In this document: positions 1-13,340 of the stretch, one piece after another
Layout: each line of letters opens with the position of its first letter
Position numbering within the stretch: the first letter of the stretch is position 1
Source of the DNA: Eledone cirrhosa
Taxonomy: Eukaryota
Assembly (NCBI GenBank): GCA_964016885.1
Contig: OZ024746.1
Span: 94,798,001 to 94,862,000, forward strand
Length of the DNA: 64,000 bases
Reading direction: 5' to 3'
The notes under the pieces: model-generated
What the model saw: the letters and a program-made list of their open reading frames with translations, nothing else
What the model was told of the DNA's origin: nothing
The model's database searches: none
Position numbers and translations under genes: made by a program

Positions 1-110
1 TTCAAATCCTGCCGAGGTTAACTTTGCCTTTCTTCCTTACGGGATCGATAAAATAAAGTACCAGTCACGCACTGGGGTCGATTTAATCGACTTGCCCCTT
101 CCCCAAAAAT
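1..110 (+). mobile_element. tRNA-derived SINE (family 1), cut by window start
   Basis: B-box remnant TTCAAATCC followed by the GCCGAGGTTAACTTTGCCTTTC..GATAAAATAAAGTACCAG core shared with more than 10 other copies in the window. Confidence 0.8.
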
Positions 111-748
111 TGCATTTTATATTAGGGATTTATCCCCACACGACGAGTACATGAAACAAAGAAGTAAGAGTATCAACAACAATAAAATAGGGATAACGTT
201 TAACAAAACATGAGCAACAATAGTAGCGACGACAATACGATAGAAATATCTCACAACCCTGTAGAGGGGTCAATCGGTACCTTCTGATCAGTTGAGTATA
301 TAGGAGAGAGCAGGGTGTGATGAGATAAAGGAGCTAAGGATGTATCCCTTTTTTCTCTCTCTCTCACGCTCTCTCTCTCTCTTCCCTCTCTCTCTCTCCC
401 TCTATCCCTTCTCTCACTCTCACCCTTCTTTCTCTCGCTCACTCTCTCTCTCTCTCTCTACCTCGCTCTCTCTCTCTCAGCCTCTCTCTGGCTCTCTCTC
501 ACCCCCTTCTCACACTCTCTCTTTCTATATATATAAATATATAGCCTCCTCCTCAACTTTCACTCACTCATTCTCTGTCACTACCTCTCCTCCTCCTCTT
601 TCCTCCTCCTCCTTCAAGTTTGACCTGTGTGTAATTCTTTTCTCGCGCGGTCTTGACCAAGCTGGTATGGAATTTTTTTCTCTCTCTCTCTTTCGTCTGC
701 GACTTCACAAAACTTATGTTTACCGAATTCGTAGACCAGACCCCTTTA

Positions 749-843
749 TCTTCTTCTTCTTCTTCTTCTTCTTCTTCTTCTTCTTCTTCTTCTTCTTCTT
801 CTTCTTCTTCTTCTTCTTCTTCTTCTTCTTCTTCTTCTTCTTC
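749..843. repeat. (TTC)n microsatellite
   Basis: pure TTC run. Confidence 0.97.
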
Positions 844-1187
844 TCTTTTTTTCCCCCCGTCAGACCTGTGCGAAATTCTTTCCTTGCTCACATTTCAACC
901 AGGTTTGATGGTCTTTTGTCTCTTGTTCACGATTTCACCGAGTTTATATTCATAGAGATCTGGGACTTGTCTATTTCTTCTCACTTTCCGTTGCTTAAAC
1001 CTTTTTGTTTGTTACCCTGGCGTCCCCTTTGTTTACGTGTCCCAACGACTTTTTTTAGCCGTTGTTCGCACCAACCTGAGGCATATGGCCCTTAAAGCGA
1101 TGAAATGCCTGGGACGGTTGGAGGGTCACTGATGAAGACTTACTTTTTCATATGCACCACCATTTGCAACGCGCAGCCATCATTATT

Positions 1188-1243
<56 letters not shown>

Positions 1244-1499
1244 CATAATTGGAGGAAGCTAATAGCGATACTCCGGCCAAATTCTAACTCACTCAACAAA
1301 CATTAGGAAATACCTGAGTATATTCCCAATTAAACGTTCAGGGTGCTAACTAAATGTATTGTGTGGAAAATTGGCTGTATTATTTCATATGAGATATATC
1401 AAATATATCACTTCCCAGACGGACGTCTGGTTTCACTATAAGATTTCTACAAGTTGGGTGAAATTATGTAGAAGCTTGTATAAGATCAACAGGTACTTA

Positions 1500-2250
1500 T
1501 TCAAGTGGGCTCTTATAATTCTTCAGTGGGTGCCCAATAATATTAATATTGATAACTAAATCAACATCAATATTTAGCGATAATCACCATCAGTGCCTGA
1601 GGGAGCTGCTAGGTTGTTAGTCCAGCAGTTCTAAAGAAAATCTCACACTGTCTCGAAAATAGGAGGAAGCAGATTACTGCCAAAAAGCAATACATGCGCA
1701 GGTCAATGAATTCTGAAAAGAATTCAAGCCACGTGCTAGAACTCAATTGGATATGAAAAAATAACCATATGAGTGCATCGCTTGATGACACACATAGATA
1801 TTTTCTCGGGCAAATTAACAGTATGAGATACAAGAACAAACAATCAATATTCATATAAAAAAATAAACAAAGAGAGTCATACCTTATATCGGGAAAGTTC
1901 ATATCTGTTGCTCCAAGAGTAAATATATAAATACATAATCGGAGAAAGCTAAATATACACACATACACAATATGACAAAAGACGAAAGGTAACAACTTAC
2001 ATCCAGTCTTATTTCTACGTCCGTTTCAATACGGTTACAATGGTACATGCATATGCAGATAAACTGGAAATTATTAATTGTCAATTACCTTTTCTCACCT
2101 TACCAACGACATTAGTGAAATACACCAAACACTAGTTTCTCAGGATTTTTCATCATCTATCATCAGTAACGTCTACTCCATCGGCACGGAGATTAAGCTA
2201 GAGCTTATATAAATTTTGTATAGAGAGCATCTGTTGGAGATGCGCATTTG
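1500..2250 (+). mobile_element. possible highly decayed LINE reverse-transcriptase remnant
   Basis: ~2000-2075 reads ..HPVLFL..VHAYADKLEII, resembling the RT xPxLF and YADD motifs; otherwise full of stops. Confidence 0.3.
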
Positions 2251-2381
2251 CATATAGTGCAAGCCTGACTGGTTAGGGTTAATTATCAGTAGTATAATGT
2301 GATTCATAATAAATATGAAGGCATATGCAATATGTTTATGTATAATAAACCAATATATCTCTCGCTACGAATAGTTTAAGC

Positions 2382-2848
2382 CAGAGTTGCAAACCGGTGG
2401 TCCACTGGTGGTCCGCGAGAAAAGTTTGGTGGTACACAGAAAAATTTGGACATTATTTGCCATTTTATGTTTTATTAATAATAAAACAAAAATAATTGTT
2501 TCTACTTTTTGGCACAAGGCCAGCAATTACTCAGTGCATTACTGGTACTTTATTTTATCGACCCCGTAAGGATGAAAGGTAAAGTTAACCTCGGCGGAAT
2601 TCTAACTCAGAATGGCAACGGGATTCGAACTCAGAATGGCAACGAGATTCGAACTCAAAAATAATATTCGGTTAAAATATATTTTGTAACCACCCTAAAA
2701 AATGTTTTAATAGGTGCATTTCATATTAATAAAATGGAAGTTCTCTGATTGTTATTTTACAAATGTATTTATCTTCATATTAGTGGTCCACGGGATCTAA
2801 AATTATGAATTTAATGGTCCGTGAGGTCCAAAAGGTTGGTGACCACTG
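2382..2848. mobile_element. hAT (Charlie-like) MITE with a nested SINE
   Basis: termini CAGAGTTGCAAACC / GGTTGGTGACCACTG, GGTCC subterminal repeats, 8-bp TSD gtttaagc / ctttaagc. Confidence 0.7.
2495..2657 (-). mobile_element. SINE family 1, 5'-truncated, nested in the MITE
   Basis: reverse complement of the SINE core; duplicated AACTCAGAATGGCAACG; caaaaataat on both flanks. Confidence 0.8.
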
Positions 2849-3119
2849 CTTTAAGCTGTAATTATGTCACTGCTCCCTCAATAACTGTGTCAACTCTCGT
2901 GTGTTAATGTGTTGAGTTGTGATGTAACACGTATATACAGAAAATGATATTGGACCTTGATATTGTTGAATGGTTGGTAATGAAGATCATCATCATCATC
3001 ACCGCTTAATCTTCACTTTTTTCAGTCTTGCCTGGGCTAGATGGTTTGTCATGTGTGGCTTCCATTCAGAGTCATACTATTTAACATATACATATACACC
3101 AGGTAACCAAACTCTTACT

Positions 3120-3370
3120 CTCATTGCCACCATATCTCCCGCTCTCCCATCCTTTACTATCACGAGCAATTGCGGCCCCTCGTGCTGGCCGCCCCGCGGG
3201 CCCGGCCGACAAAATAGAGAAGGTGTTTCACATGAGGATGGTAAGGGAGACGCGCTGGAAGAGCTATTCCAGCCCGTGAGGCTCATACCTATGTGTTGCC
3301 AACTCTATGACGATGGTGGTGAGTATAGAGGTGGATCTAGAACCAAGGACACCTGAAGTCTCCACTGTCA
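3120..3370 (-). mobile_element. CRE-like non-LTR retrotransposon 3' fragment
   Basis: reverse-complement similarity to 30580-30830, which encodes a CRE-type C-terminus. Confidence 0.5.
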
Positions 3371-3869
3371 ACTTGTATATTAGGATTTATTGTGTATCGG
3401 AATTGGTGACAGGGCCTATGTGAGGAGGGGGTCCAGCTGGTACATTGTTCTGGGGCCCAAGAGCTAAGAAGGTTCCACAGCAACCATGCAACATCCATTT
3501 TGAGAAAAATCTGTGCCTGCTTCGGGTCCCAAAGAGGTCTTGTACCGCCTTGCAAAATTTCTCTTGGAGACCCTGATTGGTGGACAATAGCGTTGTTAGT
3601 TACAGGCTTTCATTAAATCAAACAGTCCTTCACGGCATTCCCAATGGCGAGAACGCCAAGGGATATTTTCTACCGCGGTAAAGATCGAATATTTCAAGAC
3701 ACCTTGCTCGTAGAGGAACGGTTTTCTATTTTCTCGCCGAAGTTTACGTATTCCAGCGATATACATCGGTGAAAAACACATACGTGCATATATACATAAA
3801 TACATACATAGGCGCATGGACACATACATACGTACATGATGGCTACAACTCGATTCGAATAATGCCATC

Positions 3870-4380
3870 ACATGATACTTAAGCATGAGCATCACGGACG
3901 TGGCTTTTTAGCCCTGCTAGGGACTTGCCTATGGCCAACAATACCATGCATCGCAAAAAATGTCACACATCAAGCGATGCTTGCGCTTGAAGCTTTTTTA
4001 AGTGAAGAAAGGATTTGCACGGGGCCAATCCCACTCTCTGAACATCAAATGCATTTACCTAGAAAAAAGAACTAGTTTACATCATTAGATGCAAATGAAG
4101 TGGCAGGTTTCATATCACATGACCTTCTAGAGAGATGTCTTAATGAAGACTAGGGGTCTCTCACTCCACAAAACAAAAAAGGCTTTATTGGATGGCCGTT
4201 GAATTTCATGAGTTCCTCCGCTCTTTGACGGGTTTTGTTTTTCATCCTGCAGTGTGTCCAAAGTCACTCTCCTCACCAACCAACCTTGGTCGGGGTTGCC
4301 GGTTTAGTCACTGACGATCCGACTATGCACCGGTTATACTGGGTTACATGTTAGCAGTAGCGCTGAAGAGCGTCCTGACA
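3870..4380 (-). mobile_element. RTE-related non-autonomous repeat, (CATA)n-associated
   Basis: similar to 4680-5250, 15010-15290, 19060-19395 and, inverted, 59793-60345; the family carries a CTAGGAGAAGGAAAACTCTG-like motif reminiscent of RTE 5' UTRs. Confidence 0.45.
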
Positions 4381-4679
4381 TACATAAATACATACATACA
4401 TACATACATACATACATACATACATACATACATACATACATACATACATGATGATGATGACTGCCCCCTCGTTATCGAGTATGGCCATTGCATGATATAC
4501 CATTATTAATAATTATTAATTAATTCTATCGTGCAATGCCTATGCATGAAGATATTTTTTAAAGTGAGGAAAGTCTGTGCACTGAACCAATCCCACTCAT
4601 ACATACATACATACATACATACATACATACATACATACATACATACATACATACATACATACATACATACATACATACA

Positions 4680-5250
4680 TGGTGATGGCTGCCAACTCGT
4701 TTTCGAGTACGGCCACTACTTTATATCCATGTAGGAGAACCCCTACCGATGCGCTGAACGAGTGTGAGTTTTTAGTCCAGCCAGCGACTTGAAAACTCTG
4801 GTACAAACACTACACTTGCGACAATTATTGACACATAGTGCTGGGCCCATGGTACCCTGTGACGACAAGTGCAGAGAGATCTCCAGATATAAAGCAATGC
4901 CAGTGCCGTGAAGCTTTTATAGTGAGCAAAGGCACTGCACAAAGCCAGTCCCACACTCTTAACCAAGATGATATTTACCAAAAAGAAGAACAAGTCAACA
5001 TCATTGGATACCATCAGGGTTGCAGGTGTTATATCAGAGTTTTCCTTCTCCTAGAATTCTGCCTTGACAAAGGCTAAGGGGTCATCTCTCCCGGTGATTT
5101 GGGATGGCCATTGACTCTTAAGAGCTCCTTTGCCTTTTGACAGGTTTTGTTTTTAGTCCTGCAGGATGTCCAAAGTCACCCTCCTCACCAAGAAACCTTG
5201 GTGGGGTTGCCAGCTAAGTCGCCAACGACCCGACCATGAGACAGGTTGTA
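4680..5250 (-). mobile_element. RTE-related non-autonomous repeat, second copy
   Basis: CAGAGTTTTCCTTCTCCTAG at ~5036; GGATGGCCATTGAC..GTCCAAAGTCAC shared with 4190-4270; flanked by (CATA)n. Confidence 0.45.
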
Positions 5251-5272
5251 CATACATACATACATACATACA

Positions 5273-5305
<33 letters not shown>

Positions 5306-5514
5306 GGACACACACATATTCATTCATTGGCCATGTCTGCAAATAAGATGGCAGTATTTTGTTTGGAAGACTTTCGAGAGTTGCAGTGTCATCTGTTAGG
5401 ACACTTGAGAAGATAAGAGCGAGAAAGACAGATAAGGGACAACAAGTTTAACACGAGAGAATGTAACAAAAGATTCGATTGTCAGTAAGACAATAGAAAT
5501 AATAGCGTGGCAGG

Positions 5515-5915
5515 AGGGGTAGTAGTTGGTGGAGGGGGTAGTAGTGGGTGGAGGGAGTAGTAGTTAGTGGAGGGGGTAGTAGTTGGTGGAGGGGTAGTAG
5601 TTGGGAGAGGTGGGTAGTAGTGGGTGGAGGGGATAGTAGTTGGTGGAGGGGGTAGTAGTGGGTGGAGGGAGTAGTAGTTAGTGGAGGGGGTAGTAGTTGG
5701 TGGAGGGGTAGTAGTTGGAGAGGGGTTAGTTGGTGCAGGGGGTAGTAGTTGGGAGAGGGGGGGTAGTATTGGAGAGAGGGGTAGTAGTGGGTGGAGGGGG
5801 TAGTAGTGGGTGGAGGGGGTAGTAGTTGGGAGAGGGGGTAGTAATGGAGAGAGGGGTAGTAGTGGGTGGAGGGGGTAGTAGTTGGGAGAGGGGGGTAGTA
5901 GTGGGGTGGTGGTGG
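5515..5915. repeat. G-rich minisatellite (~18-19 bp, GGGGTAGTAGTTGGTGGA)
   Basis: about 20 degenerate tandem units. Confidence 0.9.
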
Positions 5916-6319
5916 TGACTGTAGTTGCTGCTGTTTTCGTAATAATGACGGCTAGCTGTGGTGATGGTGGTGGTGTCGGCGGTGTAGTAGAAGTGGTGGT
6001 GGTGGTGATGTCGGCGGTGTAGTAGTAGTAGTAGTGGTGATGGTGGTGCTGGTGGTGTCGGCGGTGTAGTAGTATTGGTTGTGATGATGGTGATAGTGGT
6101 GGTGATAGTGGCGGTGGTGGTGATGTGATAAAAGCTGTGTGTGGTTGTGGTAGATATGCGAATGATCATGAAGCTACCCACTTGTTGGCTGATCATAATA
6201 AAGGTGTGGGAGTGAGGGGGTGGTGCTGGTAGTAGTAATTGGAGCAATAGTGAAGGTTGTGGGTAGTGAATAGACAGCGTCTTCGGCTTCATCCTAAGCA
6301 GCTGCTACCTGGAATGTTA

Positions 6320-6875
6320 GTCACACGACATTTCGTCGACTGTCTTCTCTTCCGACCTTTCGTCGTCCGTGTATTCGTCGACGGAATTTTCGTCGTCAAA
6401 CTTTTTTCGGGTGAGTTTTACTTCATCATACATTCTGCCGGCGGCGATTCTTTTTTCGTCATACATTCTGCCGGCGGCGAGTCTTTTTCGTCATACATTC
6501 TGCCGGCGGCGAGTCTTTTTTCGTCATACATTCTGCCGGCGGCGAGTCTTTTTTCGTCATACATTCTGCCGGCGGCGAGTCTTTTTCGTCATACATTTTG
6601 CCGACGGTGAGTTTTTCTTCGTCGGACATTTTGCTGGCGACAATTTTTTTTTTCTTTCATCATAGATTTTGTCAGCGGTGAGTTTTTCTTCATCAGACAT
6701 TTTGCTGGCGACGACTTTTTCTTCATAAGATATTTTGCCGGCGGCGAGTTCTTCTTCAACAGACATTTTGCAGGCGGTGAGTTTTTCTTCATCAGACATT
6801 TTGCCAGCGGTGAGTTTTCTTCGTCGGATATTTTGCCGGCGGCGAGTTTTTCATTATCAGACATTTCGCCGCCGC
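6320..6875. repeat. ~30-bp CpG-rich minisatellite (TTTTTTCGTCATACATTCTGCCGGCGGCGAGT-like)
   Basis: tandem units, near-identical at 6420-6600 and diverging outward. Confidence 0.9.
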
Positions 6876-6974
6876 ATATTTATTCGGTGGACCTTTAGCT
6901 AGATCGGTTTATTATCTACTGGTGGTTTGGTTCTTTTTTTTTCTTCTGAAGAACATACATTATGTAGGTGTAAA

Positions 6975-7110
6975 GATGCATGGCTTACTGGTTAGGGTGT
7001 TATGCTCACCATGTCATGGTCGTGGTTCCATTACTTGACGAGTCGGGCTCAGTGTATCCTTGAACGAGACCCTATATTTCACGTTGTTCTACTCCACACG
7101 GTGGGGGAGG
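6975..7110 (+). mobile_element. tRNA/CORE-type SINE (family 2), degenerate
   Basis: tRNA-like head followed by GTATCCTTGAACGAGACCCTATATTTCACGTTG; related to 63160-63270 and 42540-42815(-). Confidence 0.55.
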
Positions 7111-7376
7111 GGGATCTTCCTCACAAACATCTTACCCAGGTCTGCAGCTTGTAAGGTACTTTCCCGTTGAAAACCCATGACCATAGAGGCAATGTGAGCA
7201 GAGTATAGAACACAATTACTTGCAGTATTTGTTTCGCCTCTGCTCTCGGCGTCGATCAAATAAAATACCAGTCAGTACTGGATTTATGTATATGCTAAAC
7301 AAGCTACATACAAACTTAGGGCTTTACAATCCGCATGGGCCTTAAAATAATCAAACGTCATAGGTATTATTATTCA

Positions 7377-7576
7377 AGGGCATTGGATTGGCAGTATTGG
7401 TAGAGGGTCAGAGGCCATGCTTTGCAGCATAGAGGTACGGCCCTTTACGATCTGAGTTCAAATCCCGCCGAGGTTAACTTTGCCTTTCATCCTTACAGGG
7501 TAGATAAACAAAGCACCAGTCACTGGAGTCAATTTAATCGACTTTCCCCTCCCAAATTTGCTGGCCCTGTGCTTAT
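7377..7576 (+). mobile_element. SINE family 1, near full length
   Basis: A-box TGGCAGTATTGGTAG, B-box GTTCAAATCC, shared core. Confidence 0.85.
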
Positions 7577-8319
7577 TTTCCATATCAAAGTTAGCTTGGG
7601 GCAAGTAATTGGAATTGAAAAGTTATACATACAGGTATTAGATTTAAAAATTCCAATCACCCTAAAACTAAAATCCCAGGTGAGGGCAGAAATAAATTGC
7701 TACAGCCGTCGCTGGTGGATCACCCACTGCAGGAGACCGGGGTAATTGCCCCTTCCCTCCATTAAATCCGGCCATGGTGACCAGCCCATCTTTTGAACAT
7801 TTTAGATGATTTAACATCTCTTATGTCTGGTTAAGGAATTCGCTTGGCAACCATGTGGTTCGGGGTTAAGTGCCGCTGCGTGGCACTTTGTACAAGTGTT
7901 TTCTATCGTCAGTGCAATTTGGTTAACGGAAACTGCAGAGGCTTGTCGCATATTTATATGTAACATAGCACATAGCAATTCGACAAAAAGGGATCGATAA
8001 AATAAATAACAGACTTCATTGAAAAATATGTACTGGGGTCGATATGATCGACTAAATCAAGGCGCTGCTCCAGTATGGTCAAGGTCTAATGAACCCGTAA
8101 GAGAATAATAGAAATGTGAAGGGATTTAGTTGCTATTTCTAGCGATGGTGGTGCTGTTTCAAGTAGTTATTAAGCACTATATTGTTGCCGCTAGTGGCGG
8201 GACCAGTTACAACGAATCCTTACACCCTCCTTGTAGCCTCCACCACCACTAAACCCAACTTGAGTGAAGTGTTAACCAAGGACAATGGCTATATTACTAT
8301 AGCAACTGTCTGAAGGAGA

Positions 8320-8321
<2 letters not shown>

Positions 8322-8361
<40 letters not shown>

Positions 8362-8410
8362 TGTAGTGGTAGTGGTAGTGGTAGTAGTAGTAGTAGTGGG
8401 GGTGTTGCTG

Positions 8411-8442
<32 letters not shown>

Positions 8443-8798
8443 GATGTTGTTGGTGTTGGTGGTGTTGTTGGTGTTGGTGGTGATGTTGTTGTTGTTGGTG
8501 TTGGTGGTGTTGGTGGTGGTGGTGGTGGTGTTGTTGGTGTTGTGGTGGTGGTGGTGTTGGTGGTGTTGTTGTTGTTGTTGTTGGTGGTGTTGGTGGTGGT
8601 GGTGGTGGTGTTGTTGGTGTTGGTGGTGTTGGTGGTGGTGGTGGTGGTGTTGTTGGTGTTGTGGTGGTGGTGTTGGTGGTGTTGGTGGTGGTGTTGGTGT
8701 TGTTGGTGTTGTGGTGGTGGTGGTGGTGATGTTGTTGGTGTTGGTGGGGGTGTTGCTGTTGTTGGTGTTGGTGTTGTTGTTGGTGTTGGTGGTGTTGG

Positions 8799-8829
<31 letters not shown>

Positions 8830-9719
8830 GTGGTGGTGGTGTTGGTGGTGTTGTTGTTGTTGTTGTTGGTGGTGTTGGTGGTGGTGGTGGTGGTGGTGGT
8901 GTTGTTGTTGTTGTTGTTGGTGGTGTTGGTGGTGGTGGTGGTGGTGTTGTTGGTGTTGGTGGTGTTGTTGGTGTTGGTGGTGTTGGTGGTGGTGGTGTTG
9001 TTGGTGTTGTGGTGGTGGTGGTGTTGGTGTTGGTCGTGTTGGTGTTGGTGGTGTTGGTGGTGGTGTTGGTGTTGTGGTGGTGGTGGTGTTGGTGTTGGTG
9101 GTGGTGGTGGTGGTGTTGGTGTTGGTGGTGTTGTTGGTGTTGGTGGTGTTGGTGGTGGTGTTGGTGTTGTGGTGGTGGTGGTGTTGGTGTTGGTGGTGGT
9201 GGTGGTGGTGTTGTTGTTGGTGGTGGTGTTGGTGTTGTGGTGGTGGTGGTGTTGTTGGTGGTGGTGTTGGTGTTGTGGTGGTGGTGGTGTTGTTGGTGGT
9301 GGTGGTGGTGATGTTGTTGGTGGTGGTGGTTGTAGTGGTGGTGGTGTTGTTGTTGTTGTTGGTGTTGGTGGTGGTGGTGGTGGTGGTGTTGTTGTTGGTG
9401 TGGTGGTGGTGATGTTGTTGTTGGTGGTGGTGGTGTTGTTGTTGGTGGTGGTGGTGGTGGTGTTGTTGGTGGTGGTGGTGGTGTTGTTGTTGGTGGTGGT
9501 GGTGGTGATGTTGTTGGTGGTGGTGGTGGTGTTGTTGTTGTTGGTGGTGGTGGTGATGTTGTTGGTGGTGGTGGTGGTGTTGTTGTTGGTGGTGGTGGTG
9601 GTGTTGTTGTTGGTGGTGGTGGTGGTGGTGTTGTTGTTGGTGTTGGTGGTAGTGTTGGTGGTGGTGGTGTTGTGGTGGCGTTGGTGTTGGTGGTGTTGGT
9701 GTTGGTGGTGGTGTTGTTG

Positions 9720-9750
<31 letters not shown>
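8322..9750. repeat. compound (CAG)/(TGG)/(TGT) trinucleotide array
   Basis: 1.4 kb G/T trinucleotide repeat; overlapping ORFs are artefacts. Confidence 0.97.
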
Positions 9751-9824
9751 CGATGGGTTAAGTTTTGCCTGAATTGTTGGCATAAATGGTCTTAGTGATG
9801 ATGTGGGTTGACTGAATAGTTTAC

Positions 9825-10565
9825 TGGATGGCTGGATGGTTGGGTGGTTAGGTGGCTGGGTGTATGGATGGACGGATGGAAGGCTGGGTGAATGGCTGGG
9901 TGGATGGCTGGATGGTGGTTGGATGGAAGGCTGGCTGGCTGGATGGATGGTTGGAAGGTTGGCTGGCTGGTTTGATGGAAGGCTGGCTGGTTGGTTGGTT
10001 TTCTGGCTGGCTGGATGGTTGGCTGACTGGCTGGCTGGCTGGATGGTTTGATGGAAGGCTGGCTGGTTTGATAGAAGGCTGGCTGGTTGGCGGGCTGGCT
10101 GGTTGGTTAGCTGGCTGGATTGATGGAAGGCTGGCTGGTTGGCTGGCTGGTTGGCGGGCTGGCTGGTTGGTTAGCTGGCTGGATTGATGGAAGGCTGGCT
10201 GGTTGGCTGGCTGGCTGGTTGGCTGGCTTGCTGGTTGGCTGGCTGGTTGGCTGGTTGGCTGGTTGGCTGGCTGGCTGGATGGTTGGCTGGATGGTTGGCT
10301 AGCTGGGTGCATGGATGGTTGGCTGGCTGGTTGGATGGTTGGCTGACTGGCTGGTTGGCTGGCTGGTGGGCTGGTTGGCTGGCTGGTTGGATGGTTGGCT
10401 GACTGGCTGGTTGGCTGGCTGGTGGGCTGGATGGCGGGCTGGATGGAAGGCTGGATGGCTGGTTGGCTGGCTGGCTGGATGGGTGCTTGGCTGGCTGGTT
10501 GGCTGGCTGGATGGTGGGCTGGTGGGATATTCTGACGGCTGTATAGCTGGATGGTTGGCTGACTG
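9825..10565. repeat. (TGGC/TGGT/TGGA)n tetranucleotide array
   Basis: degenerate 4-bp period. Confidence 0.95.
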
Positions 10566-11029
10566 ATGGCTTGTTGGTTAGTTGGCGTCGCTATCTTGCC
10601 AAGTAGCTGGGACCCGGTGCTGACGCGTGCGTACTCATGTGACGTGTTGTGTCCTATCCAGTTTAACCAACGGGACACCTTACTACAACGACCGTGTACC
10701 GTTGGCTTGCGGTGCCGTGTCAAATGGAGACGTCAAATAGAGGTCACACGTGCCAGGTGTTGTTTTCATCTCCATATTTGGGAGAAGTCTAGAGAAAGTA
10801 AGGCTATGACGGTCAAACATACAATAGAAATACAAATAATTAATTTTAAAAAAAGTAGGAAATAAAGGATTCTGTCAGGTAGGGAAAAGGTGGGTAAGTG
10901 GGTAACTTTGTTGGGGGGTAGATTTGGGTGTTGGTAGGTCTGAGGGTAGATAGGTAGATATGTATGTGGGCGGGAAGGTGGGTAGCTAAGTAGGTTTGTG
11001 GCTACGGAGATAAGTAGATAGGTAGATTA

Positions 11030-13340
11030 GATAGGTTGGTAGGTAGGTAGGTAGGGAGGTAGGTTGGTAGGTTGGTAGGTTGGTTATTAGGTTGGTAGGT
11101 AGGTAGGTAGATAGGTAGGTAGGTAGGTAGGTAGGTAGGTAGGTAGGTTGGTAGGTTGGTTGGTAGGTAGGTAGGTAGGGAGGTAGGTAGGTAGGTAGGT
11201 AGGTAGGTAGGTAGGTAGGTAGGGAGGTAGGTAGGTAGGTAGGTAGGTAGGTAGGTAGGTTGGTAGGTTGGTAGGTAGGTAGGTAGGTAGGTAGGTAGGG
11301 AGGTAGGTAGGTAGGTACGTAGGTTGGTAGGTGGTAGGTAGGTGTGTGGGTAGGTTGGTAGGTAGGTAGGTTGGTTGGTTGGTAGGTAGGTAGGTTGGTA
11401 GGTAGGTAGGTTGGTAGGTAAGTAGGTAGGTTGGTAGGTAGGTTGGTAGGTAGGTAGGTTGGTAGGTAGGTAGGTAGGTTGGTAGGTAGGTAGGTAGGTA
11501 GGTAGGTAGGTTGGTAGGTTGGAAGGTTGGTAGAGAAGTAGGTAGGTAGGTATGTAGGTAGGTAGGTAGGTAGGTAGGTAGGTAGGTAGGTAGGTAGGTA
11601 GGTAGGTAGGGAGGTAGGTAGGTAGGTAGGTAGGTAGGTAGGTAGGTAGTAGGTAGGTAGGTAGGTAGGTAGGTAGGTAGGTAGTAGGTAGGTAGGTAGG
11701 TAGGTAGGTAGGTAGGTATGTAGGTGGGTAGGTAGTAGGTAGGTAGGTAGGGAGGTAGGTAGGGAGGTAGGTAGGTAGGTAGGTAGGTAGGTAGGTAGGT
11801 AGGTAGTAGGTAGGTAGGTAGGTAGGTAGGTAGGTAGGTAGGTAGGTAGTAGGTAGGTAGGTAGGGAGGGAGGTAGGTAGGTAGGGAGGTAGGTAGGGAG
11901 GTAGGTAGGTAGGGAGGGAGGTAGGTAGTAGGTAGTAGGTAGGTAGGTAGGTAGGTAGGGAGGTAGGTAGGTAGGTAGGTAGTAGGGAGGTAGGTAGGTA
12001 GGTAGGTAGGTAGGGAGGTAGGTAGGGAGGTAGGTAGGTAGGGAGGTAGGTAGGGAGGTAGGTAGGTAGGGAGGGAGGTAGGTAGTAGGTAGGTAGTAGG
12101 TAGGTAGGTAGGTAGGTAGGTAGGGAGGTAGGTAGGGAGGTAGGTAGGTAGGGAGGTAGGTAGGGAGGTAGGTAGGTAGGGAGGGAGGTAGGTAGTAGGT
12201 AGGTAGTAGGTAGGTAGGTAGGTAGGTAGGGAGGTAGGTAGGTAGGGAGGTAGGTAGGTAGGTAGGGAGGGAGGGAGGTAGGTAGGTAGGTAGGGAGGGA
12301 GGTAGGTAGTAGGTAGGTGGGTAGGTAAGTAGGTAGGGAGGTAGGTAGGGAGGTAGGTAGGTAGGTAGGTAGGTAGGGAGGTAGGTAGGGAGGTAGGGAG
12401 GTAGGTAGGTAGGGAGGTAGGTAGGTAGGTAGGTAGGTAGGTAGGTAGGTAGTAGGTAGGTAGGTAGGGAGGGAGGGAGGTAGGGAGGTAGGTAGGGAGG
12501 TAGGTAGGGAGGTAGGTAGGGAGGTAGGTAGGTAGGTAGGTAGGTAGGTAGGGAGGTAGGTAGGGAGGTAGGTAGGGAGGTAGGTAGGTAGGTAGGTAGG
12601 TAGGTAGGTAGTAGGTAGGTAGGTAGGGAGGGAGGTAGGTAGGGAGGTAGGTAGGGAGGTAGGTAGGTAGGGAGGGAGGTAGGTAGTAGGTAGGTAGGTA
12701 GGTAGGTAGGTAGGGAGGTAGGTAGGTAGGTAGGTAGGTAGTAGGGAGGTAGGTAGGGAGGTAGGTAGGTAGGTAGGTAGGGAGGTAGGGAGGTAGGTAG
12801 GGAGGTAGGGAGGGAGGTAGGGAGGGAGGTAGGTAGGTAGGTAGGTAGGTAGGTAGGTAGGGAGGTAGGTAGGTAGGTAGGTAGGTAGTAGGGAGGTAGG
12901 TAGGGAGGTAGGTAGGTAGGTAGGTAGGGAGGTAGGGAGGTAGGTAGGGAGGTAGGTAGGTAGGTAGGGAGGTAGGTAGGTAGGGAGGGAGGTAGGTAGT
13001 AGGTAGGTAGGTAGGTAGGTAGGTAGGGAGGTAGGTAGGTAGGTAGGTAGGTAGTAGGGAGGTAGGTAGGGAGGTAGGTAGGTAGGTAGGTAGGGAGGTA
13101 GGGAGGTAGGTAGGGAGGTAGGTAGGGAGGTAGGGAGGTAGGTATGGAGGTAGGTAGGTAGGTAGGTAGGTAGTAGTGAGGTAGGTAGGTAGTAGGTAGG
13201 TAGGTAGGGAGGGAGGTAGGTAGGTAGGGAGGGAGGTAGGTAGGGAGGTAGGGAGGTAGGTAGGTAGGTAGTAGTGAGGTAGGTAGGGAGGTAGGTAGGT
13301 AGGTAGGGAGGGAGGTAGTAGGTAGGTAGGTAGGGAGGTA
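11030..13340. repeat. (AGGT/AGGG)n tetranucleotide array
   Basis: 2.3 kb with 4-bp period; produces the spurious 825-aa LPTY ORF. Confidence 0.97.

Noticed and set aside
1095-1190. CTGATGA next to (TA)n with GAAA upstream
   Set aside because: no convincing stems in any hammerhead topology
6420-6600. Regular ~30-bp repeats resembling a CRISPR array
   Set aside because: no unique spacers, no cas genes, eukaryotic context
8272-9795. Long His/Gln/Thr- and Val/Trp-rich ORFs on both strands
   Set aside because: stop-free trinucleotide repeat, open in many frames
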